From Octopus vulgaris (taxonomy: Eukaryota), in the NCBI GenBank assembly GCA_951406725.2, contig OX597817.1, positions 4,340,001 to 4,404,000 on the forward strand: DNA of 64,000 nucleotides. The letters run 5' to 3'. Below the pieces are notes generated by a model. The model was given only the letters and a program-made list of their open reading frames with translations, did not search any database and was not told the DNA's origin. The position numbers and the translations under genes are program-made. The stretch's first letter is position 1, and each line of letters begins with the position of its first letter. Positions 1-12,036 of the stretch are shown here, piece after piece.

Positions 1-130
1 TATACCCTTCCCCCACCCCTAAGCCTAACCCTAACTCTCACCCTAAATCTAAAATAGATTGAAATGCAATAAATCGATACTAGGGCCATAATTATGGGTG
101 ACAATTTCATACGACACCGCTCGGAAAATG

Positions 131-547
131 GGATTTTTTCTAGCGGTGTCAAATGAAAATGTCACCTATAATTATGGCCCTAGTATCGATCTATTGCATT
201 TCAATCTATTTTAGATTTAGGGTGAGAGTTAGTTAGGGTTAGGGTTAGGGGTTGGGGAAGGGTATCTTTTTTTCTTCACAAATGTAAATAAACCCAATCT
301 GTTTCTTAACGGTGGGACGTATTCATACAGCACGGAATGTTGTTTACCTAAATGAATTCCAGCGATTGCTTAAAATTGCCGAAATGCTCGAAATTTCAGA
401 CGAAATATCTTACAAACTATAGAATTTTCTCAATAAAGCCAAGAGAAAATGATGTTTTATAAACACATTCTACCAGTATACGAAGTTTAAAAGTGTTTAG
501 TTAACTAGAAATTATGTTACAAATTGCCGTTCAAAAGGAAAAGATCC
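131..547 (+). mobile_element. Short non-autonomous element (MITE-like) with GGATYTTTT termini and an internal telomere-like (TTAGGG)n tract
   Basis: Starts GGATTTTTTC (131) and ends GGAAAAGATCC (547), an imperfect terminal inversion. GTTAGGGTTAGGGTTAGGGG at ~232-251. An inverted partial copy occupies 2-128. Confidence 0.55.
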
Positions 548-850
548 AATATTTCTTCTAATATCAACGATAACAATTCCTATCTATTTCTAATAATTCT
601 TCCTTGCCAAACCTAAATAATATCTATTTTATTGTTGGGCAGAAGCTTATCGCTTACTCAATGATTTCTGCAAACACCATAAATGATGTTTCTAAATGAA
701 CAGGTAAAAAAACCTATAACTCTTCTAAATATTAGTTCCTTATGTAATATTTAAATAAAATGTTTTACTTGCATTACTATTAATTTTCTTAGTATTTTCT
801 TAGTCAATCTCTTGCCAAAAATATTTTGAATCTGAAACCAAAAGCAAAAA

Positions 851-1248
851 TCTTTATATATAAAAGTAAGGTTGTGTGCTGTCTGTCTCCTACGATTTAG
901 ATTCCTAACTACTCCCACATTTTGCGGTGCAGTTTAACCAAAACCGGGTATCTTATAGTCGTGATTCCTATCGAGCCCTTCTGGGTATTAGCGCGCGTCT
1001 ACGATGAGTCTACGATTTAAAAAGAAATTTACCATCAATTTTTCCCATTTTTGATGCATTTTTGCCATATATAAAGGAAGTAACTCTCTAAAAATTTATT
1101 ATTAAATCTCAGAACGTTAAAAGCTACAGTAACACCCCCCCCCCTTGTGGTTAGCCATATTGAGATGGCTATTATACTTTACATCTCTAAAAATGCTTAT
1201 ATAGTTATTTCCTTTACAAACCCGAGCAACGCCGGGCGATACTGCTAG
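851..1248 (+). mobile_element. Non-autonomous Helitron
   Basis: A|TC 5' start (850/851), CTAG|T 3' end (1245-1249), subterminal GC hairpin CCCGAGCAACGCCGGG (1221-1236), no TSD. A second copy lies at 20517-20899. Confidence 0.85.
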
Positions 1249-2003
1249 TATCTTATAATTTAGAATAGTCCATTCTAAATTCTGCTAATACTTATCAAGG
1301 TTGTCGAAATATCTGCCGAGTGACACTCGAAGTAATTTGCTAAAATCCAAACATGAGATAATTATGAACTGCCACAAATTAAATTCTTTTCTATTTTCCA
1401 AATACAATAAGTGTACAGATGAAAATTTACCTTCACCTATTTTCATGATCAGAGCTATAATACTGATATAATTACAATGAATTTTAGGATATATTATTTT
1501 TTATATCAAGCTATAACGTTTAGGTATTTCTTTCTACTTAAACTCCTCGTTAATATATTTTGTGACTCTTAATACCTATATGCCAACTCATTTATTACGA
1601 ACATATTGCTATATTTTACATTTCCTATTTTTCTGTCTGTTATTTTATTTTGAAGATGAATATGTCTTCAATTTTAATGTGGATATTTAATTATGTTTGC
1701 ATAGGAATATATGCACTTCCATATTCGCGTATGTGCCAGTATATCTTTCCTGTGGCTGTCTGTGTAGGTGTATGCGTGCGTGTTTCTTTGTGTGCACGTG
1801 TATGCGTGTGTATGTGTGAATATGTGTGCGTTTGTATACACGTGCATGTGCATGCATGCATGTTTGTATATATCTTTATATGCACATATAAATAGTAAGC
1901 GCCAATGTGTGCGCTATATAAATACATTTGCATTTATATCTGTATGTGCGTGTACATGAGTAAATAAATGAATAATTAAATACCGAGGAGTGTATGTATA
2001 TAT

Positions 2004-2290
2004 GTGTGGCTAAGTGGTTAAAGTACTCGGTTCACTATCGTAAGGTCGTGAGTTCGATTCCCTCCAGAGCGTTGTGTCCTTGAGTAAAGCACCTTATTTC
2101 ACGCTGCTTCAGTCCTCTCAGCAGGAAAAAATGAGTTTTAACTGTAATTAAAAGGGCCAGCCTTTTCATATTACGTAACGCCGAAACTCTCTGAGAACTA
2201 CGTTAAGGTTACGCGTATCCAGGGAGTGCTCAGCCACTTGTATATTAATTTCACTGGCACACTGTTCCATTGATTAGACCAACTAGAACT
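2004..2290 (+). mobile_element. tRNA-derived SINE, group A (older copy)
   Basis: A box TGGCTAAGTGG, B box GTTCGATTC, core GCGTTGTGTCCTTGAG. Colinear with the copy at 44766-45099. Confidence 0.85.
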
Positions 2291-2645
2291 ACTGTACACA
2301 TCCAGAGACACCATCTAGTTTTGACGATATGAGCTAATTAAATACTGATTATATCAGCTGAAGAAATTATCGTCTACAGAGATGGATGGCAGTGCCGTAT
2401 GATGTGATTTCACTTTTCTGCGAATCATATGTGACAGCCAACCCTGCATCGAATGCCACAATGAAAATCAATAGAACTGTTATAGAATAATAATGGCCAA
2501 ACAGCAACTGATATAACGAAAAGCCGGTGGGCTACGAATATTGGTTGGTGTATGAATCAAATCCTTATCCTCCCAACATTTTACAAACCATTCAAACAAC
2601 AATGAGAATCTGTGGTTATTGTTCACGTGAAGAGAAGACATTTTG

Positions 2646-3095
2646 AAAGTCTTATATTAGTTTTAGAAAAATTGCTCTGAAAGGCGTCTGTCTCCCGATT
2701 TTTAGTAGATTAGCTATTAGTTATCCCCATTAACTACATGAACCAACGAGGCAGTATCCACGTGGTCATCTAAGCTATTGGAAATACCCGCCAAATCTCT
2801 CTCAAATCTCGCCAGAGCTTATATAAAAATATAAAGGAAACATCAGATAATGTGATATTTAACTAAGATAATGTACTCTTAGTTAAATATCACATTATCT
2901 GATGTTCCCTTTGTACTTTTATATAAGCTCTGGTGCGATTTGAGAGAGATTTGGTGGGGTATTTGGCTTAGACGACCACGTAGACACTGCCTCGTTGGTT
3001 CATGTAGTTAATGGTGATAGCTGATAGCTAATCTACTAAAAATCGAGAGACAGACCCCTTTCAGAGCAATTTTGCCACAACTAATATAAGACTTT
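2646..3095. repeat. Long imperfect palindrome (~220 bp arms, 8 bp spacer)
   Basis: 2646-2868 is the reverse complement of 2877-3095 with scattered mismatches and indels. Spacer is TAATGTAC. Confidence 0.95.
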
Positions 3096-3330
3096 ATATA
3101 TATGTGGGGATATCTGTATAGCCTTCTGTATATAAGTATGTATATCTGTATATGAGTATGTATATTTGCATGTATGTATACATAGACTTGAGTAAGTTAT
3201 TTACCATGCAAGGTCAAATAAGTTCCTTCCTTGAATATCCCATCGGTTTCAAGACAGTGAGCTTGTGATTAAACTATGCAGTTGCTAAGGCACCCACTTT
3301 TCTTGAAAAGATATTCCTTTGTTTCTTTCA

Positions 3331-3722
3331 TTCTTTTATTTGTTTCAGTCATTTGTCTGCGGACATGCTGGAGCACCGACTTTAGTCGAACAAATCGACC
3401 CCAGGACATATTCTTTGTAAGCCTAGTACTTATTCTATGGTTTACTTTTATCAAACCGCTAAGTTACGGGGACGTAAACACACCAACATCAGTTATCAAG
3501 TGAATGTGGGGTGGACAAACACAGATACAAAAACATATATATATTTATATATACGATGGGGTTCCTTCAGTTTCCGTCAACCAAATTCACTCACAAGGCC
3601 TTGGTCACCCCGAGGCTAGAGGCTATAGTAGAAGACATGTGCTCAAGGTGCCACGCAGTGGGCTGAACCCGGAACTATGTGGTTGGGAAACAAGTTTCTT
3701 ACCCCACAGCCATGCCTGCGCA
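3331..3722 (-). mobile_element. tRNA-derived SINE, group B (CR1-like tail)
   Basis: Reverse complement of the head GGCTGTGG..GTTCAGCCCACTGCGTGGCACC, internal (TA)/(TG) tract, and tail GGTGCTCCAGCATG..GACTGAAACAA. Matches 25545-25948. Confidence 0.9.
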
Positions 3723-4239
3723 TGGTGTAATGTTAAAGGTGATTTGGTTGCTAATAATTCTTATAGATCGAATGTCTGTGTAGAGGCTTATTCATTGGCT
3801 TTGTTTTTGAGATTTTCCTATGGTAGCACTAAAACAATTAATGTTAAAGTGCACCTATGACCAGTACATGTCAGCGGTTAGACTCTGAATGCATATGATA
3901 AAATTAGGGAAAAATTATTTAAAAGAAATTATTAAAATGGCTTCGTCATTATTCTTTGCAGCTGCAATATGAGCTCTTGAAATCTTAAAATGTTTTCTCG
4001 ATAGAATAATCAACCCGCTGAATAAGAATTGCTAAGGTACATATTATTAAAAATTTAGGCCAGGCTTTCATACAACTATAAAAACATTTAAATATTTCAA
4101 TAATGAATAATGACATAATTATAATTGCTTTTCCTATAATCTAATAAGCATAATTTTTCTAAATTGTTTCAGCATGTATAAATAGCGTTTCTTAGAATAC
4201 GTTTTTTCTTAACGTTCTTAGACTTCTTGCAAAGAAATT

Positions 4240-4880
4240 CCAGATGCAAGTGCTACCAGCTGAAACTACCCCATGAACTACCGGATGCTGGCAAGTTTAT
4301 GGGGTCATCAGGAGAGAATGCGCGCCTTTTCGGGACCTACCTCTCAACAGCATCATTGTGCACTGGCTCACACTCCTTGAAATCAAGCCCCGTTTGCTAG
4401 ATCAGGTGGTTACCAGATTTCGCTCAATATTCTTCTAGCCATTGTTCATCGTCTCTTTTTAACCAAATATTGTGGCTTGCCTTTTCGATAGTAGTCTGGA
4501 TATCAGTCATAGTGGTATTTGCTTTGTGATGTGTTAGGCCTAATGATAAAAACTATCGCCTCACAACGAATCTTCTACATCCGACATCGATTGGAAAATG
4601 CTCCGCTTTTTAGCTTGCGTCTTCATATTCCTAGAGGAAGTTTTCATAATGGTTAGTCCTTCGAGCCCGAACGGCGTCCATGTTATCTTCATGTGGAACC
4701 GTTAACTCGACTAGAATTATCACTTTCTTTCTTTCACATCATATGATGGTATCCGGTTTCGGACAACTGCATATGATGTGGGTGATATCTTCAGTGTAAA
4801 CTCCACAAAGTCTGCATCGGTTGTCACACTTTACAGCTTTACCTATTTCTCTATCCCTTTTGTGCATCAGGTACTTGGTT
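4240..4880 (-). mobile_element. Decayed RLE-type LINE 3' fragment (CCHC knuckle plus PD-(D/E)xK-like endonuclease)
   Basis: Minus-strand read-through gives CDNRCRLCGVYTEDITHIICSCPKPDTII*CERKKVIILVELTVPHEDNM...FPIDVGCRRF, with internal stops. A GC-rich 3' hairpin lies at 4260-4311. Confidence 0.75.
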
Positions 4881-5599
4881 GAATGTATGCATCTATGAAT
4901 GTATGAATGCATGTATGTATGTGTGTGTGTATGCCTGTGTGCGTTCGTGCGTGCATTGTGTGTATGTGTGCGTGTGTATGTGAATGCGTATGTTGGCATA
5001 AGACAGAATATTTTAGTTATTTGTGTGTATATTGGCATACAACTGAGTATATTTTAGGCAATGTATTTGTAAAGATCTAACCAACAATTTACTCCTTATT
5101 TCTATTTTATCGTGTATTTTTTCGGTTCGCATATATAAAATGCTGAGCATTAAATATGCTTGTAAAATGAAAGGAAGATGACTTTGAATTTCACGTGCCC
5201 AAAGATACACGTTCAAACTTGAGAGTCGTACATTCAAATGATACTTACAACCGACTGAATGAATTGCTAAATACCCATTGATTTCCTTAGTGTTGGTGTA
5301 AAGGAAAAAGTAGCGTATTTAATTTGATTTAGTGGGTGGAAATTGATTTGAGCAAACTTTAAAGGTTGAAAATAATTTCCGTTATAATTTTTGCTGTTGC
5401 TGCTATTTCTGTTATTTTTGTTGTTTGAACTTAGGCTAGGATTCCGAAATATGTTCACAATGCTTATTATAGTTTAGATTAAAATACATGGAAATTATAC
5501 CTACATATAAGCGTGCAATGAATTGCTGATTATTACATGGAATTTTTGAAATTATACCACTATTAAAAAACAATTAACAACAGAAGCAGTGTTAATATC

Positions 5600-5785
5600 A
5601 GTTTCAGATTTTTGACACAAGGCTAGCAATTTGGTGGGATAGGTAGGTAGATTACATCGACTCCAGAGCTTATTTTAACGACCCCACCACCAAATGATGA
5701 AAGCCAAAAACATTCGACCTTGGGGGAAATTGAACCCAGAACATATTTTGTCAAGCGTGCTAATGATTCTGCCAGCTGACCGCCG
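5600..5785 (-). mobile_element. tRNA-derived SINE, group C (old copy)
   Basis: Reverse complement of GGCGG..CTGGCAGAATCATTAGCACG..CTTTCATC..GTCGATGTAATC. Compare 41243-41445. Confidence 0.75.
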
Positions 5786-5799
5786 GAAGTAGAATTAAT

Positions 5800-6640
5800 A
5801 TCAAAAATGAATCTTTAAAACCAACTTAAAGTGGATGCCTAGACAGAACACCGAATGCTGCATATTTTACCTTATGAGGGCCTCTTATATGTATTTCTAA
5901 CGTTGGCAGACAAGAATCGCCGGAGTGCTTTTATGCCCTATTAATCTGAGATCATTATTAATCTTGTAAAGTCTAAATAGCATGTACTAGGGTTGTTACA
6001 AATACTTGTTTTGAGTCAGGATATTGCTATGAATTTGGTTACGATAGAGTTTGAATTAAGCCTTCGTAAGTTAGAACATATAAAGACTTCCTAAAATTAT
6101 ATATGCTGTTGCAAAAGAGTATTAATTTTATTTTCATTAAGAACACTTTGAAATATACACACTGGGTGGAAATGTTTTGTAATTTAAGGTAAATTTAGAT
6201 ATTAGGGTGGTTAGAGCTAAGTTAAATATTACACCCTGCTAAGAACGGTTTTGTTTCTGTTTCAAATTGTATATTTTAGTTATAGGATCAATATATTGGC
6301 TTTTTCCTCTTTGAAATCGCTTCTAGTTATTGCTTCATTATGTAATAAACTGCAGGTTCACTGAAATTTTGCTGATTGGCGAATATTTTAAGAGAGACAT
6401 TCCTGATTGGACTGTTGGTAATGTTTTTTAGGGTACTTAGAGAATTTATGAATGCAATTTAAGGAACCTTTGAGTCTTACAGATAGGAAGTTGTAAGAGT
6501 TAGAAAGTCTGTGACATCGAAGAAGTTGACTTCGTTAACATGAGTTTCACTAACGGTAACAAAAAAAAAGGGTATTAGTTTAACACGAGGAAAATTTCCT
6601 GAACTCTGTTAATAATTTCTGGGTTGCAAATGTACAAATA
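5800..6640 (-). mobile_element. Highly decayed Penelope-like RT/thumb remnant
   Basis: Broken minus-strand frames give VSETHVNEVNFFDVT and IFANQQNFSEPAVYY, resembling the Penelope RT motif-7/thumb region. Many stops. Confidence 0.4.
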
Positions 6641-6650
6641 GATGGATATA

Positions 6651-6651
<1 letters not shown>

Positions 6652-6742
<91 letters not shown>

Positions 6743-6778
6743 TATATATATATAGATAGATAGATAGATAGATAGATC
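6652..6778. repeat. Compound microsatellite (TA)n(TAGA)n
   Basis: Direct reading of the sequence. Confidence 0.95.
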
Positions 6779-7722
6779 AATAAATAAGTAAACGAAAAAG
6801 AAAAAGATGAAAGTGCAGAGCCTTCATCTCGCATAATCCCGCATCGATATGAGGAAATTTATTTTAACATTAAAAGAGATGAAACGGTAGTTAAGACCAC
6901 TAATTTCTGCCTAGTTATTAGCAAGCATACATACATCAGATGCAGTACTCGATGATGATTTTATCAATAAAACACCTCGGTGTTTTAAGGACGTTTTATA
7001 TGCATGTAATATTATTTCAATATCTGAGAATTTAGAATTGGTTATGAAATGTACCAAGTAGAGAAAATGAAATGACTAAACTGTATGGTTTTATATCAAG
7101 TTAAGAATGTAGGCACCTTAAAGGAATGAGTGATAACTTTTTAACGGGATTGCTTTGCCGAGTAATGATTTGCTAAATATCACAACTTCGTTATTTTGGG
7201 CTTTATCGTTCTAACAGAAGGCTTTGGATTATAGTTCAAATTTATAGCCTTTCAAATTACTATAACAAACTTTGTGTAATGGAAGTTCCGTTCAATCATT
7301 TCAGTTTAAATTCTGGTAGATTTTTGACGTTAAATTTTGATATATACTTGCATGTCAAAATTAGTCATATTACAACAATAGAAGTGGATATTAGCGTAAG
7401 GTAGTTGATTTATCCATTTCGTATAGAAACTTCATTTATAAGTGTTTTTATCCATAAACTTACATATATCTATACACATACATACATGAATACATACAAA
7501 CATACGAACATACATACATACGTATAACAAAATCATCTACTCATTCACTTTAAGTTCTAAGCGTCTGCGTATTACACGGACTGGTGTACTCAACAGATTT
7601 CTTACGCAGAATCAGTGAGACACATTGTATGAGGAGGCTGCAACTTTGAATTTACATATGTATGCATGTGTGTGTGGGTATGTACATGTATGTGTATGTG
7701 TATATATGTGTATATATATGTT

Positions 7723-7776
<54 letters not shown>

Positions 7777-7872
7777 CTAATTATTATTTAAGGGAATAAA
7801 ATCCAAACTTAAAAGGAAAAAGAATTCAATTTAGAAATACTAAATCAAATTACACGCAATATTATATATATA

Positions 7873-8190
7873 TAAAATATTAGAAAAAAAACACCTTTTA
7901 TCAATTCAAAATTAATAATTAAATTACACCATCTAGAAAATTACATATAATAAAAAGTTTAAATTAAAATAACAATAAAATGTAAAGACTAAGTAAATTA
8001 CAAAAATTAAAAAATGTATATAATCGGTTTTTCTACCTATTATATACATTTTTATTATTTTTGTAATTTACTTAATCTTTACATTTTATTGTTATTTTAA
8101 TTTTAACTTTTTATTATATGTAATTTTCTAGATGGTGTAATTTAATTATTATTTTTGAATTGATAAAAGGTGTTTTTTTCTAATATTTTA
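7873..8190. repeat. AT-rich palindrome (~150 bp arms)
   Basis: 7873-8024 is the reverse complement of 8039-8190 with few mismatches. Flanked by (TA)n. Confidence 0.95.
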
Positions 8191-8876
8191 GATAGATATA
8201 TATATATGTATGCGCCTCTCTGTGTATGTGTATATATAAATATAATATGATTTACTCCTTATGGTAAATGCCTTATATGGTATGTATTTCACTGTATTAT
8301 TATCCTCATATAGAGAGAATGTTTCTTAAACCTTTTCACTTATATTTCAAATATCCGTTTGCCACTTCAGTTTTACTTCTTACACAAATAGACTCAACAC
8401 TACCTAAGTATGTTATATTTCGTCTTTCATAATCATATGAATATCCGAATGAGTTTTGTGACACGGACTCCTTATAGTCTTCAGTAACAACATAATATTC
8501 TTCTGATACTTTCATTCTGATGTATTCTTCTTTTTTGTACTGAGGAGAATGGTAATATGTAATTAAATTGATTTAATTAATTATAATTAATTTAATTTTT
8601 TCCATGTTTCTTACATGTTGGTGTTACCATTTGAAACGATCGTATGCATGGAATAAAATTTTATAAAACTTTTAACATATTCTCTTCCCCATCTTTAATT
8701 GTTTGTTGAGTTTATATAGGATATATGTTCTATAAATGCTCATAATACATCTTATACTTTCATATATTATTTTAAATACTCACAATAGTAAGCCACTAAT
8801 TTAATATGAAAAATCTTTATCAGATATCTAACTTTGGACCTCCACTAAGTAAAAGGATAAAATTGAACTCAACCTT

Positions 8877-8937
<61 letters not shown>

Positions 8938-8965
8938 TATGTGTGTGTGTGTGGAGAGATACATA

Positions 8966-9870
8966 TATAGTGCTCGAGTTAAAATCACCAATTTTTCATG
9001 ACCCCTTTTTCCAGGATCAGTTTAACGTAGTCATGAACAGACGACACCATTGGAGAGCATAAGGATTAGAACTGTTGTTGAGAAAACGTTAGTTGATGCT
9101 GAGGTGTAGAAGCCATCTGATTATTAGAAATGAATTACTTGTATGATGAGGATTCGCGCCGGATTTCAAGATGTCGATACCATGGCTACTGCTCAATGCT
9201 CTCCGAACAGAGTAAAGGCTGTAATATGTTATATGGACAGCTGCACCGGAGACTGTGAAGCTGCAGCCAGCGAGAAAGCACGTCGCAAACATTCTGCCTA
9301 CGTCCGCATGCCGGAATTCATTCCCTCACCTTTGAACACGGCATTGGGCTTAGGTCAAGCGGCTACGTGAAGCTGATGGTGAATGTGGTCAATCCCCAAC
9401 TGGAGAAGGTTGCCACTGGAATGCTATATGCGAGGCAGCAAGATTTAACTCTTTACCATGCCTACAGAAAGAGTCTGAAGTGGTTATTAGAGAATTTCTT
9501 TTACTTCACTAGCTCCAATTTTTGGCCGCTTAATACCTCCAGTAGTAATCTCACGCATTACTGTGTGTGAGATGCAGTTGATGAGAAAGGCTGCAACAGC
9601 TCAGCATGCAACAGGAAGAATGGGATCGTGGCCACGATCAAAGAAATGTTCGAAGATCTTCCCCGGGACACAGTGTATAGAACTCATGCGCCAAGTTCTG
9701 AGCTGTTTTGAGGCTGTGGTGGAAGCTGAGAGTGGTTACTTTGAGTAAACTGTTATTTTCCAGCCATAATCTAGTTGATATTTATTTTTTTAATAATAGT
9801 TTTATTTGCGGATGGTATATTATGTCTTCTTTTCCTTTTATGCAAACTGTCAAATTTATCCGAAACACAC
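8966..9870 (+). mobile_element. Decayed Tc1/mariner-superfamily (maT/DD37D-like) transposon
   Basis: ORF fragments FWPLNTSSSNLTHYCV (cf. WPPNSPDLNPLDYYVW) and C-terminal EAVVEAESGYFE*. Similar to the element at 58321-59170. Confidence 0.6.
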
Positions 9871-10499
9871 AGACACACATACACACACACAGACACACAT
9901 CACACACATTCATATATACGTACATTCATAGGTAAATACATTCATATATATTATGTACAGTCCATAAATACCGAATCAAAAATACGCATTATTTGTATGT
10001 ATGCTCGTTTGAATGTATCTGAACATATGTGGTGTAGAATCTACTTGCAATTATATAAGAAGTGAAGCAAGTTCAGTTTGACATCTGTGCTATGATAGCG
10101 AGAAGATTTATGAACAACGCGTATGTTTTTTTCCCCTCTCACATTCGTTCCCATTTACTTACTCTATCTAATCGCCTTGTCTTCCTTTCCTTATCTATCT
10201 GCGTATCGCCACTTTTATCCGACAATCCTTATATCTATTTCCAAATGTCTTCAGGTTATTATCTAGTAGTGTTTACATAGAACTATTTACGGCTAGGGTT
10301 AGTTTTAGATGTATTGATGATTGCTGTTCTAGTAGTAATGTATTAGCTGTAGTGATTTAGTGTATAACTTCCGTATGAATATCCACGTGTTTATCGAAGT
10401 GTTTGGTGTTGATCAACAAAATAATACTATGTAAAGAGAGAAGCTGTTAATAATTTCTTTATTATTTTATCTGGGGTTGACACATATATTGTTCTTATT

Positions 10500-10865
10500 T
10501 AGCCTTAGGTCAGACCTTTTCGATGAGACCTATGATAAATCACGTGCAGCTGTGACGATCCCATCTCTTATTAAAGCATATTTTATACAGATCAAGACTG
10601 GGTATGATGTATAGGAGATTTGGCTTCTATTTCTAGCATTCTGTGTGACCACATATAGACACCTTGACTCATTTATCGAATGTAGAGAAGGAACCTCTGC
10701 ATGTTCAAACCACCTGTTAGCAATAGCAGGTAAATCGCCTTCAGATCTTTCTGTTCTGTCTATAAAAGGATGGACATACACAAGACAATTCTAGATTTGG
10801 AATTTTAAAATAACTCATGATGGTCATGGATGGAAGTCTTTGATCGTGGTTCTGCATGATCAAAA
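10500..10865. repeat. Old inverted pair of a dispersed repeat family (palindromic MITE-like remnant)
   Basis: GAGATTTGGCTTCTATTTCTAGC (~10615-10637) versus TTAGCAATAGCAGGTAAATCGCC (~10717-10739). Outer segments 10520-10565 and 10820-10862 are also loosely reverse-complementary. Related fragments at ~2775, ~16520 and ~56950. Confidence 0.5.
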
Positions 10866-11634
10866 CTAGTAACCAATAGAAAAATTCATTATTAACACTT
10901 TAACGAGCAGTAAACTATCCTTCTACGATAGATGCTTGACTCACAAAATAGCCGCGAATGTTTCCTCAAAACGCAGCCAAATGTCTTTATAAAGTAGGGT
11001 TACATTTACTAAATTTATAACTGAAAACTTACGGCTGCATTGCTTCCGGTCATATCAGACCTCATTTTGGACCAAACAACTATAACTATTTCAAGTGAAG
11101 ACCTTGAATTGTGAACTGGTAGTATTTCAACGTCTAGGATACTGATAGGGGAGACGTGCATGATTGCGTTTTTTGTCTACATCTGGTTTAGCGATGATAC
11201 CGAAAAAAGTGATGTTGGAGACAGTAGTCAATGGGTTATCTAAACCCAATAGAATTGAGGTGTGTCTGAGTATGAATATCAACGACATCAAGGTTATGAC
11301 CAGTGTTATTACTGTTAAAATCCTGAGTAAGAAGATCTATTTTAAACTGTATTCTTCCCGAGACCAACGGGTGTTTCAGTACCTTCTTAGGCTTGCAGTT
11401 TAAAATATGTAATTCCGTATTTAAGACACTAATTTAACTGTTTTCCTATTTCTGGCTGATCGAGCAACCATGAAAGGTAACCGCGTTTATTCGTTGTATG
11501 ATGTATAAGACCACCGTTATAGTTTTTTAGGAGCACCAGCTAATAAATGGTTGAAACATATTTTAATCATTGAAGCTCTACATTGTCAATGATTCAACAT
11601 TAAATAGCTACTTCAATGTGTAATAAATAATGAT

Positions 11635-12036
11635 AGGAGTGGCTGTGTGTTAAGTGACTTGCTTACCAACCACATAGTTGCGGGTTCAGTCCCACTGCGT
11701 GGCACCTTAAGTAATTATATATGTATATACTTAAGCTATTATAGCCTCGGGCTGACCAAAGCCTTGTGAGTGAATTTGGTAGATCGAAACTGAAAGAAGC
11801 CCGTCATATGTATATATATATATATATATATATATGCATGTATATCTTTGTGTGTCTGTATTTGTCCCCCCAACATGGCTGGTGAATTTATGTCCCCGTC
11901 ATTTAGCGGTTCGGCAAGAGAGACCGATAGAATAACTACTAGGCTTACAAAGAATAAATCCTGTGGTCGATTTGCTCGACTAAAGGCGGTGCTCCAGCAT
12001 GGCCGCAGTCAAATGACTGAAACAAGTAAAAGTAAA
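11635..12036 (+). mobile_element. tRNA-derived SINE, group B
   Basis: AGGAGTGGCTGTG head, GGTTCAGTCCC B-box-like motif, tail GGCGGTGCTCCAGCATGGCCGCAGTCAAATGACTGAAACAAGTAAAA. Confidence 0.9.

Noticed and set aside
232-257. Telomere
   Set aside because: Only about three TTAGGG units, internal to a dispersed element rather than a chromosome end.
4260-4311. Hairpin with CTGATGA on the minus strand, considered as a hammerhead or SECIS
   Set aside because: No GAAA after the stem and no SECIS GA quartet. More likely an ordinary LINE 3' UTR stem-loop.
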